Notes under the pieces: model-generated
The model's database searches: none
The model's input: only the letters and a program-made list of their open reading frames with translations
What the model was told of the DNA's origin: nothing
In this document: piece after piece, positions 1 to 13,474 of the stretch
Layout of the letters: each line of letters opens with the position of its first letter
How positions within the stretch are numbered: position 1 is the first letter of the stretch
Position numbers and translations under genes: made by a program
Assembly (NCBI GenBank): GCA_002269645.1
Contig: NIVC01003664.1
Span: 20,263 to 84,262 of the forward strand
Reading direction: 5' to 3'
Source of the DNA: Macrostomum lignano
Taxonomy: Eukaryota
DNA length: 64,000 nt

Positions 1-423
1 TTTTTTTCTTGTCCCACTCCCTCGCGAGAGTCTCTACAAGCTAAAGCAAAGACAGGCTTTAGGCACCGGATTTTGAAGAATCACCGGAGACTCTTTGAAA
101 TCCTCTCAGCCGATCTTAGGTTTACCTACTTCCAGCAACAGTTAGAAACAACCGCCAGTTGAAATCAAAGCACTAGCTAGGTAAACAGCGCACAGGTGCA
201 TTTGGTACCCAAGCATCGGTGCACTGTATGAAAGTCTGGGCTGTGTGACGATGCCCTCACATCCAACGACCCCGAGTCATAGCCGAACATAGTACCGATT
301 AGTGACACCCGAAACTGATGGAGCCGGGCATTTGGCTTCATTGCGAGGGAGGCGCCCGCAATTCGGTATATTGTCGAAATAAGACCTGACCGCTCCTAGT
401 AAAACAAAATCTTGCTCAATTTT

Positions 424-3400
424 TCATGCTAAAAATCCGCTCACCGCAGCTGGCGACCCGGATGGCCGGCCGAGCGACCAGCCGGCCACGGAGAAGTCGC
501 CCGCCACGCCGACGGTGTCAGCGTCCGCGTCAGCGCCGCAGTCGTCTCCGTTGCCGTCTCCGCCGTCCACAACGCCGCCGCCGCCGCCGCCGCTGCCGTG
601 TGTCTTGGACCTCGCCAGCCTGTCGCCGGTTGCTAAGCGTGCGTCGCTAACGACGCCGCCAGTCGAGGCGACATCGGCAGACTTAGCCCGCACGTAGAAG
701 ATGGCCGCCACCAGGCCAGCCGCGATCAGCACGGTGGCCGCGATGATGACGATCAGGATGGCGACGCCGCCAGCGCCAGCAGCGCCGAACCGGTGCATCG
801 ACCCGGGCGGCGCGGTCAGCCGGACGTAGAAGGTGACGCTGCCGGAGAGGCGCCGGGGCAGGCCGCCATCGGTGGCCACCAGGGTCAGAGCGTAGACGCC
901 AGGTTGCGGCGGTCCTAACGGGTCGTCCGGCTTCCAGAGAGTGTGCAGCTCGCCTTTGACAGGATCCACGCCGAACAGCCGGCTGCCGTTGGTTCCCGGA
1001 CGCAGGCCGAAGCTCACCGTGCCGTTGTCGCCAGCGTCAAGGTCGGCGGCCACCGCCTCAATCACCAGGGACCGTTCGGGCAGGTTCGTGTAGAGCAGCC
1101 GAGTGGCGACAGCAGACTGCGCCTCGCTGCCAGTTGCTCCGTCGCGGACACCGCTTCCAATGATCTGGCCGGGCAGCGGCGCGGTGAACACGGGGGCATT
1201 GTCGTTTACGTCCAGCACCTCGATCTGCAAGCTGGCGGTGGCCGAGCGAGGCGGCTTGCCGAGATCCGAGGCCCCCAGCAGCACCAGCAACCGCGGCTGC
1301 TGCTCCCGGTCCAGTTTAGCTTTCAGCAGCAGAGCTCCAGTTGAAGCGTTCAGGCGCAGGTACTCATTGTGCACGTACCGGCCTGGCAACAGGTTGAATC
1401 GAACTGTGCCGTTCTCGTCCTTGTCCGGGTCTTGAAACGCAACGCGGCCGATCTGGGCACCCACCGAGCTGTCCTCGGACACGCTCATGACCGGCGGGCC
1501 CACGTAGGCCGGCGCGTTGTCGTTTTCGTCCAACAAGATGACAATGACGGAGGCGGAGGCGCTTTGCGACGGATGTCCGGAGTCCTCAGCGATCACTTGG
1601 AACGTCAGGCTTGGCTGGAGCTCGCGATCGAGTCTGGCGCCGGGAAGCAGCTCGATATTGCCTGAGCGCTGACCGATGCGGAAAAATTGCTTCCCAGCCG
1701 CGTCCAGGCGGTAGGACAGCAGGCCGCTCTCGCCCTTGTCCTTGTCAACCGCCTGCACGGTCAGCACGGAGAGGCCAGAGGCCAGGCCCTCGGACACCTG
1801 GGCAAAGTAGCTTCTCTGGGGGAAGGCCGGCGCGAAGTCGTTGGTCTCCCGGATCGGAATTACAAACCGCCGGATGGCCGGCTGCACTGGCTGGGCCGAG
1901 TCCATGCAGCTGATCTCGACGGAGACGTTCTGCAACACTTCGAAGTCGAATCGAGTAGCGCTGTATAAGTTGTAGGTGGTCGCCTCTGACGACTGTCGCT
2001 CGGCGTTGTTGTTGTCAGATATTTTCAGACTGAACATTGGGTTAGACTGTAGCTTGCAGGTCACCTTGCCACGGGACACCGAGTCCACGTCAGTCACCTA
2101 CGAGTTGGATGGAGAGTTCGAAAATTTTAGTGAGCAACATTTTTTATTAAGACTTGGCAAAGCCGCTACGGCCTACCCGTGTCTTGGCCTTGCCCGAGGA
2201 CTATCGGGGCCCCCCTCGAAGTGTACAATATGTTCTACATAGACTGTCCAGACCTCTCAAAGGGTACAATATGTTCTACATAGACTGTCCGGACCTCTCA
2301 AAGGGTACAAGATATCTTACAAAGACTGTCAGGGTCTCTCGAAGGGTACAGGAGGGTTACAGTCTTACAAAGACTTCATGACCTCTCTAAGAATACAGGA
2401 TGTCTTACAAAGACTCAGAACCTCTCGAAGCGTACAGGATGTCTTACAAAAACTGTCAGGGTCTCTCGAAGGGTACAGAAAGTAGCAGGACTGAGCTCTA
2501 TCTGCTATGTCTCGCCCCCCCCCCATACTCATGTCGACCCATGTCAAAGTTGAGCAACCACCTTCAGCGTCATGATGAGCTCGCCTTCGCTCCTGTGCTC
2601 GTACAGGTCGTACACAGCCAACTGCTCGATTATCGGCGGATTGTCGTTGACGTCTTTGACGTTGACGGTGACGGTGGCGCTGGCCGAACGTACCGGGGTA
2701 CCGGAGTCCCGAGCCTCGATCAGCACCACGGCGCTGCGCTGCTCCGGCCGCTCAAAGTCCAGCTGGCGGCGCAGGTGGAGGTCCCAGGTGGAGGCCCCTT
2801 TTTTTAGCACCTCGAAATGGCCAGCGAGTTCCGACGGTGTTACGGCGACAATCTTCAGGTGGAGCTCGGCGTTGGCGCCGTCGTCCTGATCGTCTACCGA
2901 GAGCGTCGTGAGCCTATCGCCGACTGGCCAGTTTTCCGGGATCTCCAGCGTCTGCGTCGGCGTATTGAAGACTGGTGCGTTGTCGTTGACGTCGCCGACT
3001 CGGACGGTGATGACCACGGCGCCAGTTCGGAGGCCGTCGGTGGCGCGCAGGGTGATCTGGTACTGCGGCTGCCGCTCGCGGTCCAGCGGTTTCGTCAGGC
3101 GCAGACGCGGCTGCCCGGCCCCGGACGTGTCCACCAGCGCGAAGGTGCCGCTGGGGTCCTCCAGGCTGTAGTTGGCCACGCCGAACGCGGGCGAGTCGCG
3201 GTCCTCCGCCGCGGGCAGGTCGATCACCGTCCCGTTGGCGTCCTCGGGCACGTCGATTGGCTGCATGCTGCGGAACGCAGGCGGCTGGTCGTTCTCGTCG
3301 TTCAGGACAATGCGCAGCAGGCGAAGGATCGGCCGGGAGCCCGGCGCCGCCCGCAGCTCGAGTTGATAGTCCAGGACGCAGTCGGACTTCTCGCAGCAGT

Positions 3401-3698
3401 CCAGGAGGCCGCAGAGCTCGTCTCGGTCCACGTCGCGGTTGGCGGAGATGGCGCCCTGCCGGTCCACGGTGAATAGGTTGTCCGGGCTCTTTGATTGCGG
3501 CTCCAGGCGGGCGGACTGGTAGGGCGGCGGCGGCAGGCGGCTGTCGAGGGTGTACAGCTGGCCGACCAGCGTTTTGAAGTTCACGTTGTCACCCAGGCTG
3601 ATGCTGATGCCGACGTCCGCCTGAGCGGAGGCCGGCGTGGCTAGCAGCACCAGGAGCAGGTGGACGCTGGCGAGGCGGCTCTGCTGCTTGGCGGCCAT
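424..3698 (-). CDS. Protocadherin, 7 extracellular cadherin repeats (delta1-like), signal peptide plus one TM helix
   Basis: Exons 3698-2562 and 2097-424 are joined by AAG|GTGGTT...TAG|GTG, giving MTLK|VTDVDS in frame. The protein has an N-terminal hydrophobic signal (VHLLLVLLATPASA), six DxNDNxP-type linkers, LDRE/DxD motifs, a Cys-rich EC1 (CGLLDCCEKSDC) and a TM segment (VAILIVIIAATVLIAAGLVAAIFYV). The 3' end may splice further at the donor at 444. Confidence 0.93.
2200..2500. repeat. Degenerate ~41-bp tandem repeat in the protocadherin intron
   Basis: Recurrent AAGGGTACAATATGTTCTACATAGACTGTCCAGACCTCTCA-like units. Confidence 0.8.
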
Positions 3699-4102
3699 TT
3701 CTTCTTTCGGTTAAATAATCCTAATTTAATAGGCCGAGCTGTGGCGTTGCCATTGGTATGTTATCTGCTTTTTTCTTATGCCCTGCTGGCCTGGCTCTCA
3801 GCTAATTCACCTCTCACCGCGTTGCAAGCTCCTTCTTCTAAAAGAAACATGTCTACGCCGCTGATTGGCTGACAGATTGGCCAATAGGAGCTGCTCGACT
3901 TGCCGCGATTCATTTCTTATTTTTCTGGCTGCCTTCTTTGCTTGGCCTCTGGTTTTGTATTCAATCCGGAATCAAACAAATCCCCTGTGGATCTCCTTTG
4001 TTAGAGTTTCAAAATTGTCTGAGGGCTTCGCATTTGACAAGTGGGTTGAAAATAAACTAATGGGGAAGCGAGATGACGAAGTGATAAAAGGAGAGAAAAA
4101 TT

Positions 4103-5198
4103 GAGTGAATTGGTGAGAGAGTGAGTGAATTGGTGAGAGAGTGAGTGAATTGGTGAGAGAGTGAGTGAATTGGTGAGAGAGTGAGTGAATTGGTAAGAGA
4201 GTGAGTGAATTGGTGAGAGAGTGGGTGAATTGGTAAGAGAGTGAGTGAATTGGTGAGAGAGTGGGTGAATTGGTAAGAGAGTGAGTGAATTGGTGAGAGA
4301 GTGAGTGAATTGGTGAGAGAGTGAGTGAATTGGTGAGAGAGTGAGTGAATTGGTAAGAGAGTGAGTGAATTGGTAAGAGAGTGAGTGAATTGGTAAGAGA
4401 GTGAGTGAATTGGTGAGATAGTGGGTGAATTGGTGAGAGAGTGAGTGAATTGGTGAGAGAGTGAGTGAATTGGTGAGAGAGTGAGTGAATTGGTAAGAGA
4501 GTGAGTGAATTGGTGAGAGAGTGGGTGAATTGGTAAGAGAGTGAGTGAATTGGTGAGAGAGTGAGTGAATTGGTGAGAGAGTGAGTGAATTGGTGAGACA
4601 GTGGGTGAATTGGTGAGAGAGTGAGTGAATTGGTGAGAGAGTGAGTGAATTGGTGAGAGAGTGAGTGAATTGGTGAGAGAGTGAGTGAATTGGTGAGAGA
4701 GTGAGTGAATTGGTGAGACAGTGGGTGAATTGGTGAGAGAGTGAGTGAATTGGTGAGAGAGTGAGTGAATTGGTGAGAGAGAGAGAGTGAATTGGTGAGA
4801 GAGTGGGTGAATTTGTGAGACAGTGGGTGAATTGGTGAGAGAGTGAGTGAATTGGTGAGACAGTGGGTGAATTGGTGAGAGAGTGAGTGAATTGGTGAGA
4901 GAGTGAGTGAATTGGTGAGAGAGTGAGTGAATTGGTGAGAGAGTGAGTGAATTGGTGAGACAGTGGGTGAATTGGTGAGAGAGTGAGTGAATTGGTGAGA
5001 GAGTGAGTGAATTGGTGAGACAGTGGGTGAATTGGTGAGAGAGTGAGTGAATTGGTGAGAGAGTGAGTGAATTGGTGAGACAGTGGGTGAATTGGTTAGA
5101 GAGTGAGTGAATTGGTGAGAGAGTGAGTGAATTGGTTAGAGAGTGAGTGAATTGGTGAGACAGTGGGTGAATTGGTGAGAGAGTGAGTGAATTGGTGA
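4103..5198. repeat. 20-bp minisatellite (GTGAGTGAATTGGTGAGAGA)n
   Basis: About 55 near-perfect copies seen directly. Confidence 0.98.
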
Positions 5199-5239
5199 TA
5201 ATATAAAAAAGTTTCTGGGGAATAAGAGATAAGTGAATA

Positions 5240-5356
5240 GGTCGCCATCATAAACCCGAAAGATCATAACCCCCGAAAACCAGAATAGCGTTGGACATTG
5301 CTAGCACTTTTGGAGTTATATTTCGGGTTTGTGATATTTAGGGTTTGTGATGCCCC
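5240..5356. mobile_element. Short inverted-repeat (MITE-like) element
   Basis: CATCATAAACCCGAAAGATCATAACCCCCGAAA (from 5246) is an imperfect inverted repeat of TTTCGGGTTTGTGATATTTAGGGTTTGTGATG (ending 5352). Confidence 0.5.
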
Positions 5357-6810
5357 CACAAGTGAATGAGTGAGAGATTCATGAATGCTGGAGAAAGTGA
5401 GTGAAAGTGAGCTGAGAGTGAGTGAGCAACTACTAGCACTTTGCCGGCAAGAAATGAAGCTGGACTGAAGCCGAGAGCCAGGTCACCCAGAATCCACATG
5501 CCATCTCTTACTTGCTGCAACTTGATGCAGCTAGCTGAGCACGAGAGGCGGGACCAGCCAACTCTTTCTTGATCTCAAAGCGGCCAGCCTGTCCTGTTCC
5601 AAATTTCTCAGTTTGCACCCTCATCTGCTGCCGTCCTCACTCCTTCCTCATCTAAGAGGCTGGATCAGGAGCCCCGACAGGCCCTCGCGAAGTGACCCTC
5701 AGGCGGGCGGCAGCTGGTAGCCCGGGCTTGGACTTTTTACCTCTCCTCCTCCTCTTTCTTCTCATCCTCACTTTTTTCTAACTGAGCAGAACCGATTGGC
5801 AAATAAATTATTTTTGGCGAAGAAATGGCGGATCGATCGGCTTGGCGTTTTCCCTGCCCCAGCTTCCCCAGGTGCGCGAGACCCTCCGCTGAGGGTGGGG
5901 GAAGCCATTTTTTAAGTCCCCCTTCTCCGATTTTTTCAAGATGACGATGATTCAGGAAATTCTTGAGATGGCAGAGGGTCCGGGCGGGCAACTGGGGATT
6001 TTTTAGCTGAGGATTAAAGATCGCCCGCTTGCAAAAAAATTGATGATGAAGCTGAGACTGTCTGGGGAAGCAGGCTAATAATATTTTTGGCCCAGCGCGG
6101 GACTAAATCAAAGGAAACCTGCGCTCAGGCTATGGGGCCTTTGCTGCCTTTGAGATGAGCAGTGCTCAAAGCAGAAGCACTCCAGCCGAGCAGTTTGGAG
6201 ACGTGTGTTGATGAAGCGTGAGGCATCTGGGAGAATCTGTTTGTTTTACTTGTCCAAGTTCATAGAAAAATGACTCACACACACATTCGTGAACTCACCT
6301 GCGATCAAACTGTAATATTTATTTTTTTAATTCTTTAATTTATGACCTCACTCATGAACTAATGAAACTCAGTCTAATTAATCAGCTCTCCCGTAAACTG
6401 ATAAACTCACTAATTGACTCGGTTTCAGTCATGTACTCATGATTTTAGAAACTTATTAATGAGATTATGATAAATTTATTAAGCCATAAATTCTTCAGCA
6501 TATGAGAATTGAATCGCAGGGGTCACAAAGCATTCGAGGTCAAAAATCGAGTAACCTGAGGCGAGCAATGAAGCGGTGAGCCCCTGCACCTGCACCCGAG
6601 CAATGCGACCTCTCAAATTTTGCTAGGGGAGTATGGAGGCACCTGGAGACGAGGATGTATATTACGAGCTAAAGCGACAGAAACGCCCTTGACGACCTTC
6701 TCAAAAGAAATCATTGAATATCTTGACGGCCTGAAATGCTGGTCACTTGCTGCCAGTGTGCCCAGAAATATCTAGAACGAATTCTGGGAAAGTAGTCTAG
6801 TAATTGAATT

Positions 6811-7057
6811 AGTCACTCACTAAATGAGGCAGTCACTCACTAAATGAGGCAGTCACTCACTAAATGAGGCAGTCACTCACTAAATGAGGCAGTCACTCAC
6901 TAAATGAGGCAGTCACTCACTAAATGAGGCAGTCACTCACTAAATGAGGCAGTCACTCACTAAATGAGGCAGTCACTCACTAAATGAGGCAGTCACTCAC
7001 TAAATGAGGCAGTCACTCACTAAATGAGGCAGTCACTCACCAAATTAGGCAGTCACT
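6811..7057. repeat. 20-bp minisatellite (AGTCACTCACTAAATGAGGC)n
   Basis: About 12 perfect copies. Confidence 0.97.
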
Positions 7058-7444
7058 GGCTAAAAGCCGGGTCTCAGTTTTACAATCTCACTTCAATTTA
7101 TATCTCACGCCACTCACTCCTCTGACCTGTCAATCTCCCATTTTCACTTCAACCCCTCTTCAATTCGCAAACGCTTCACTTCCTGTATGCCTCCTTAAAA
7201 ACTCCTTAAAATTCTGAGCTATTCATCACTTTAGTGTAAATTTCTGTAGAAGAAGCGATAGGACAGGAAAATGCTGTTTTTGTGACCGATGGAACAGAAG
7301 CTTAGTCTCAATAACTGTTCTCTTAAGTCTTGAAAATATAAAGTGTGACTGTTGAAAATCCTTTCCATACCGGTAAATAAAACCAAATTTCAATTGGTCG
7401 TCAACCCACGTACCCTGCGAAATGAATTTTATATTCTTTAGACT

Positions 7445-8010
7445 AGCCAAATTAGCAATCCATTCTATTCCTGCATCCGTGATATTGGCTAGAATAGCAA
7501 TCCATTTAATTCCTGCACCCGTGATGTCGGTTAGATTAGCAATCCATTCCATTCCTGCATCCGTGATGTCGGCTAGATTAGCAATCCATTCCATTCCTGC
7601 ATCCGTGATATTGGCTAGATTAGCAATCCATTCTATTCCTGCATCCGTGATATTGGCTAGATTAGCAATCCATTCTATTCCTGCATCCGTGATATTGGCT
7701 AGATTAGCAATCCATTCTATTCCTGCATCCGTGATATTGGCTAGATTAGCAATCCATTCTATTCCTGCTTCCGTGATGTTGGCTAGATTAGCAATCCATT
7801 CTATTCCTGCATCCGTGATATTGGCTAGATTAGCAATCCATTCTATTCCTGCATCCGTGATGTTGGCTAGATTAGCAATCCATTCTATTCCTGCATCCGT
7901 GATATTGGCTAGATTAGCAATCCATTCTATTCCTGCATCCGTGATATTGGCTAGATTAGCAATCCATTCTATTCCTGCATCCGTGATGTTGGCTAGATTA
8001 GCAATCCATT
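7445..8010. repeat. 42-bp minisatellite (TTAGCAATCCATTCTATTCCTGCATCCGTGATATTGGCTAGA)n
   Basis: About 13 copies. Accounts for the LAIHSIPASVILAR repeat ORF. Confidence 0.97.
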
Positions 8011-8609
8011 ATTTTTACTAGAGACAGAATGCAGATCTGAGGACGGCAAGCAGAGTAATGATAGCTGGCTTCGCCTGCTCCGAGAAGCCTTCTAAAAGCG
8101 GCAATCCGATCACTCTCTCTTCCCTTTTTCGCGAGCCAGAGCACAGCAGCTGATGACTCATGCTGCGGAGATCGGAGATGCGCAGGCTGGCAGGTGCGGA
8201 ACCCGTGGGATAAATGAGCATTATCGAAAAGACAATGCTCGCTCGTGTTCCGCATCAGAGTCAGCTGCTCTCACCCAAGCCTTTCATCAAACTTTCTTTT
8301 TTCTTTTTGAGACTTTTTTGAGATGAAAAAAGCTGACTGGAGAAATTCCTGCCAGCGGAAATCGCGGTAGACCCACCCCGATGCCTTTAGAGCGCCGCGC
8401 CTGCCGTGACCCGAGTAGAACTCGGACAATTCCGTGCTAACTTTTAATTACATTTTCCACGAATTCGAAGCTGCTTCAGTTTTAATTCTATTATGGAGAC
8501 TCGGCGCTACTCAAGCGCATCATTTTGTGCCTTGAATTTGCTTTGAATCTGACCGGTCACTGATTATGGGTCTGGGGCGGCTGCAGATCCGGGAATTGTG
8601 CATTGGCTG

Positions 8610-11315
8610 AGGGAGTGACATTGAGGATCTGGGTGAGGGAGTGGCATTGAGGATCTGGGTGAGGGAGTGACATTGAGGATCTGGGTGAGGGAGTGACATT
8701 GAGGATCTGGGCGAGGGAGTGAAATTGAGTGAGGGAGTGACATTGAGGATCTGGGTGAGGGAGTGGCATTGAGGATCTGGGTGAGGGAGTGGCATTGAGG
8801 ATCTGGGTGAGGGAGTGACATTGAGGATCTGGGTGAGGGAGTGACATTGAGGATCTGGGCGAGGGAGTGAAATTGAGTGAGGGAGTGACATTGAGGATCT
8901 GGGTGAGGGAGTGGCATTGAGGATCTGGGTGAGGGAGTGGCATTGAGGATCTGGGTGAGGGAGTGACATTGAGGATCTGGGTGAGGGAGTGACATTGAGG
9001 ATCTGGGCGAGGGAGTGAAATTGAGTGAGGGAGTGACATTGAGGATCTGGGTGAGGGAGTGGCATTGAGGATCTGGGTGAGGGAGTGGCATTGAGGATCT
9101 GGGTGAGGGAGTGACATTGAGGATCTGGGTGAGGGAGTGGCATTGAGGATCTGAGTGAGGGAGTGACATTGATGATCTGGGTGAGGGAGTGACATTGAGG
9201 ATCTGGGTGAGGGAGTGGCATTGAGGATCTGGGTGAGGGAGTGGCATTGAGGATCTGGGTGAGGGAGTGACATTGAGGATCTGGGTGAGGGAGTGACATT
9301 GAGGATCTGGGCGAGGGAGTGAAATTGAGTGAGGGAGTGACATTGAGGATCTGGGTGAGGGAGTGGCATTGAGGATCTGGGTGAGGGAGTGGCATTGAGG
9401 ATCTGGGTGAGGGAGTGACATTGAGGATCTGGGTGAGGGAGTGACATTGAGGATCTGGGCGAGGGAGTGAAATTGAGTGAGGGAGTGACATTGAGGATCT
9501 GGGTGAGGGAGTGGCATTGAGGATCTGGGTGAGGGAGTGGCATTGAGGATCTGGGTGAGGGAGTGACATTGAGGATCTGGGTGAGGGAGTGACATTGAGG
9601 ATCTGGGCGAGGGAGTGAAATTGAGTGAGGGAGTGACATTGAGGATCTGGGTGAGGGAGTGGCATTGAGGATCTGGGTGAGGGAGTGGCATTGAGGATCT
9701 GGGTGAGGGAGTGACATTGAGGATCTGGGTGAGGGAGTGGCATTGAGGATCTGAGTGAGGGAGTGACATTGATGATCTGGGTGAGGGAGTGACATTGAGG
9801 ATCTGGGTGAGGGAGTGGCATTGAGGATCTGGGTGAGGGAGTGGCATTGAGGATCTGGGTGAGGGAGTGACATTGAGGATCTGGGTGAGGGAGTGACATT
9901 GAGGATCTGGGCGAGGGAGTGAAATTGAGTGAGGGAGTGACATTGAGGATCTGGGTGAGGGAGTGGCATTGAGGATCTGGGTGAGGGAGTGGCATTGAGG
10001 ATCTGGGTGAGGGAGTGACATTGAGGATCTGGGTGAGGGAGTGACATTGAGGATCTGGGCGAGGGAGTGAAATTGAGTGAGGGAGTGACATTGAGGATCT
10101 GGGTGAGGGAGTGGCATTGAGGATCTGGGTGAGGGAGTGGCATTGAGGATCTGGGTGAGGGAGTGACATTGAGGATCTGGGTGAGGGAGTGGCATTGAGG
10201 ATCTGAGTGAGGGAGTGACATTGATGATCTGGGTGAGGGAGTGACATTGAGAATCTGGGTGAGGGAGTGACATTGATGATCTGGGTGAGGGAGTGGCATT
10301 GATGATCTGGCTGAGGGAGTGACATTGAGGATCTGAGTGAGGGAGTGGCATTGAGGATCTGAGTGAGGGAGTGACATTGATGATCTGGGTGAGGGAGTGG
10401 CATTGAGGATCTGGGTGAGGGAGTGACATTGAGGATCTGGGTGAGGGAGTGGCATTGAGGATCTGAGTGAGGGAGTGACATTGATGATCTGGGTGAGGGA
10501 GTGACATTGAGAATCTGGGTGAGGGAGTGACATTGAGGATCTGGGTGAGGGAGTGGCATTGATGATCTGGGTGAGGGAGTGACATTGAGGATCTGAGTGA
10601 GGGAGTGGCATTGAGGATCTGAGTGAGGGAGTGACATTGATGATCTGGGTGAGGGAGTGACATTGAGAATCTGGGTGAGGGAGTGACATTGAGGATCTGG
10701 GTGTGGGAGTGACATTGAGGATCTGGGTGAGGGAGTGGCATTGAGGATCTGGGTGAGGGAGTGACATTGAGAATCTGGGTGAGGGAGTGGCATTGAGGAT
10801 CTGGGTGAGGGAGTGACATTGAGGATCTGGGTGAGGGAGTGACATTAAGGATCTGGGTGAGGGAGTGACATTGAGGATCTGGGTGAGGGAGTGACATTGA
10901 GGATCTGGGTGAGGGAGTGACATTGAGGATCTGGGTGAGGGAGTGACATTGAGAATCTGGGTGAGGGAGTGACATTGAGAATCTGGGTGAGGGAGTGACA
11001 TTGAGGATCTGGGTGAGGGAGTGACATTAAGGATCTGGGTGAGGGAGTGACATTGAGAATCTGGGTGAGGGAGTGACATTGAGGATCTGGGTGAGGGAGT
11101 GACATTGAGGATCTGGGTGAGGGAGTGACATTGAGAATCTGGGTGAGGGAGTGACATTGAGAATCTGGGTGAGGGAGTGACATTGAGGATCCGAGTGAGG
11201 GAGTGAAATTGAGGATCCGAGTGAGGGAGTGACATTGAGGATCCGAGTGAGGGAGTGAAATTGAGGATCCGAGTGAGGGAGTGACATTGGTGATTTTGGT
11301 GAAGGAGTGACATTG
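8610..11315. repeat. 26-bp minisatellite (GAGGGAGTGACATTGAGGATCTGGGT)n with a 600-bp higher-order repeat
   Basis: About 100 units. A marker variant with an 18-bp truncated unit recurs at 8711, 8859, 9007, 9311, 9459, 9607, 9911 and 10059. Confidence 0.97.
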
Positions 11316-11811
11316 AGAAAACGTTTATACCTTTAAGTCTAGGCGAGCACCTTTATTTTGCAAGCAAGCAAGATGCACAAGTAATGTCCGAGAGGGCATA
11401 AACAGGGTCAACAAACCGGCCATGATCATCAGCAGAGTTGGGGAATGTATTGCCTGTGTGAGTCGAATTGAATTGAGGAGGTTGTGTCACATCAGAGAGC
11501 ATTTGACAACAATTGAGTCTCTGATTGCCTCCGCGGCTCGCAGCTCCTAAGACCCAATTGGGCAAGAAATCCCAGACAGTAAATTAATTTGCATCGATTC
11601 GACATGGCCATTTATCCAAGAGCATCCAATGCATTCTGTTCACTTGTATACCAGTTCCAAGTATGAAGTGGGCTACCGGTCATGCAGTTTACCTAATCGG
11701 AATAACAAGTATGCACTGAGACCTGCTCAAGGAAGTGACGATACCGAGAAAAATGGACAAATAGGCTTTGTAATAGTTGCCCTACTCTTCAATAAACAGG
11801 AGTCTTCACTT

Positions 11812-12552
11812 AACAGCCACCTCACTCCACAGCCACCTCACTTCACATCCACCTCACTCCACAGCCACCTCGCTCCATATCCACATCATTCCATATCTAC
11901 CTCACTCCACAGCCACCTCACTCCACAGCCACCTCACTCCACAGCCACCTCGCTCCACAGCCACCTCACTCCACAGCCACCTCACTCCACAGCCACCTCG
12001 CTCCATATCCACATCATTCCATATCTACCTCACTCCACAGCCACCTCACTCCACAGCCACCTCGCTCCACAGCCACCTCACTCCACAGCCACCTCACTCC
12101 ACAGCCACCTCGCTCCACAGCCACCTCACTCCACAGCCACCTCACTCCACAGCCACCTCGCTCCACAGCCACCTCACTCCACAGCCACCTCACTCCACAG
12201 CCACCTCACTCCACAGCCACCTCACTCCACAGCCACCTTGCTCCACAGCCACCTCACTCCACAGCCACCTCGCTCCACAGCCACCTCACTCTACAGCCAC
12301 CTCATTTCCACACCCACCTCACTTTACAGCCACCTCACTCCACAGCCACCTCACTCCACAGCCACCTTACACCACAGCCACCTCACTCCACAGCCACCTC
12401 ACTCTACAGCCACCTCATTTCCACACCACATCACTACACAGCCACCTCACTCTACAGCCACCTCATTTCCACACCACATCACTACACAGCCACCTCACTC
12501 TACAGCCACCTCATTTCCACACCACATCACTCCACAGCCACCTCACTCACCA
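11812..12552. repeat. 16-bp minisatellite (CCACAGCCACCTCACT)n
   Basis: Tandem copies with degenerate edges. Confidence 0.95.
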
Positions 12553-13474
12553 CACCGGGAGCAGTCGTCACAACTTTGTCATCTTTGTCATCATAGCTAC
12601 TAGAAATAAAATATAAAACAGAATCAGTCATCGCGCCGATATTGCTAAAAGCCAGACTGCCAGTTGCAATCAGAGCTACAGCTCATTCAGACGCTGCCCA
12701 CTCGATGGCCGGTCAAGTTCAGGTCAGAATTAGCAGCGCCTTCGCTGCAGTTTGTTGCTGACTAAGGCTGCAGCTGCCGCTGCTTCTGCTTGAGCTGTCT
12801 CGAAGGAACGAGCAGAGATCTCTAGAGAAAGAGACGATTCGGGCACTAATGGCGGCTAGAAGATGGGGGAGAAGAGAGAGAGCGAGGCTGCGCAGCAACG
12901 CCCCAAATTGAGCCACTCGAGTTTGCGGCGGCCCATACCCCGGGCCTCGATCCCCTTCCTCACAAATACTTCCCCCCCCCCCAGAGGATCGCGAGCTCTC
13001 GAGTGTCGGGTAGCCGGGAGCCGGAGCCGCCGCGCTCTCTGGTTAAAGGATCCGAGAGAAGGCTTCACCAAGGTTGGCCAATTGCTCCCAGCGGGTGCTG
13101 TGCGCGCGAGTGCTTGAAGAAGCAAAGTCGGTGGACTGTCTAGCCAGCTAGTATGGTCGAGATTTTTTGAGCTGGCAAAAATAAAAGCGATCATTGTGCC
13201 GACTTGTTTTGACTGCCAGCTTGGCTCCACAGGGCAGACTTGTGTACGAGCACAGTTCCTATGTACACTTGAGACCTTCAAGACTTTCAACAATTCATCT
13301 AAACATTTTGGATTCCTCTGGAAAAGCAATAGCCTAACTTGATATTTCAACGTACTTTAATGTACACTAAAAGTGTTTATTCAATAGAACCGGTGAAAAA
13401 GAAGCTGGTTGAAATGCTTGATTGATGAATGTGCTTCGAGAGTGAGTAAGAGTGCAGTAAAGAGGAGGCTGCAG

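Noticed and set aside
426-3476. Numerous short overlapping ORFs over the protocadherin, and likewise over SSADH, the neurophysin exon, TMEM117 and RAB21
   Set aside because: Antisense or off-frame shadows of GC-rich coding exons.
5360-6790. Moderately GC-rich unique blocks between arrays, possibly exons or a decayed TE
   Set aside because: Multiple stops in all frames and no recognisable motif.
7226-8021. LAIHSIPASVILAR and MEWIANLADIT repeat ORFs
   Set aside because: 42-bp tandem repeat, open on both strands by chance, with no unique coding flanks.
8520-11313. 757-918-aa ORFs (SLPHPDPQCHSLTQILNVTP...)
   Set aside because: The same peptide appears in all three frames because the 26-bp unit lacks stops. 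This is a minisatellite artefact.
12856-13350. 164-aa minus ORF in the core between the inverted arrays
   Set aside because: Non-ATG start, no recognisable domain and no convincing splice partners.
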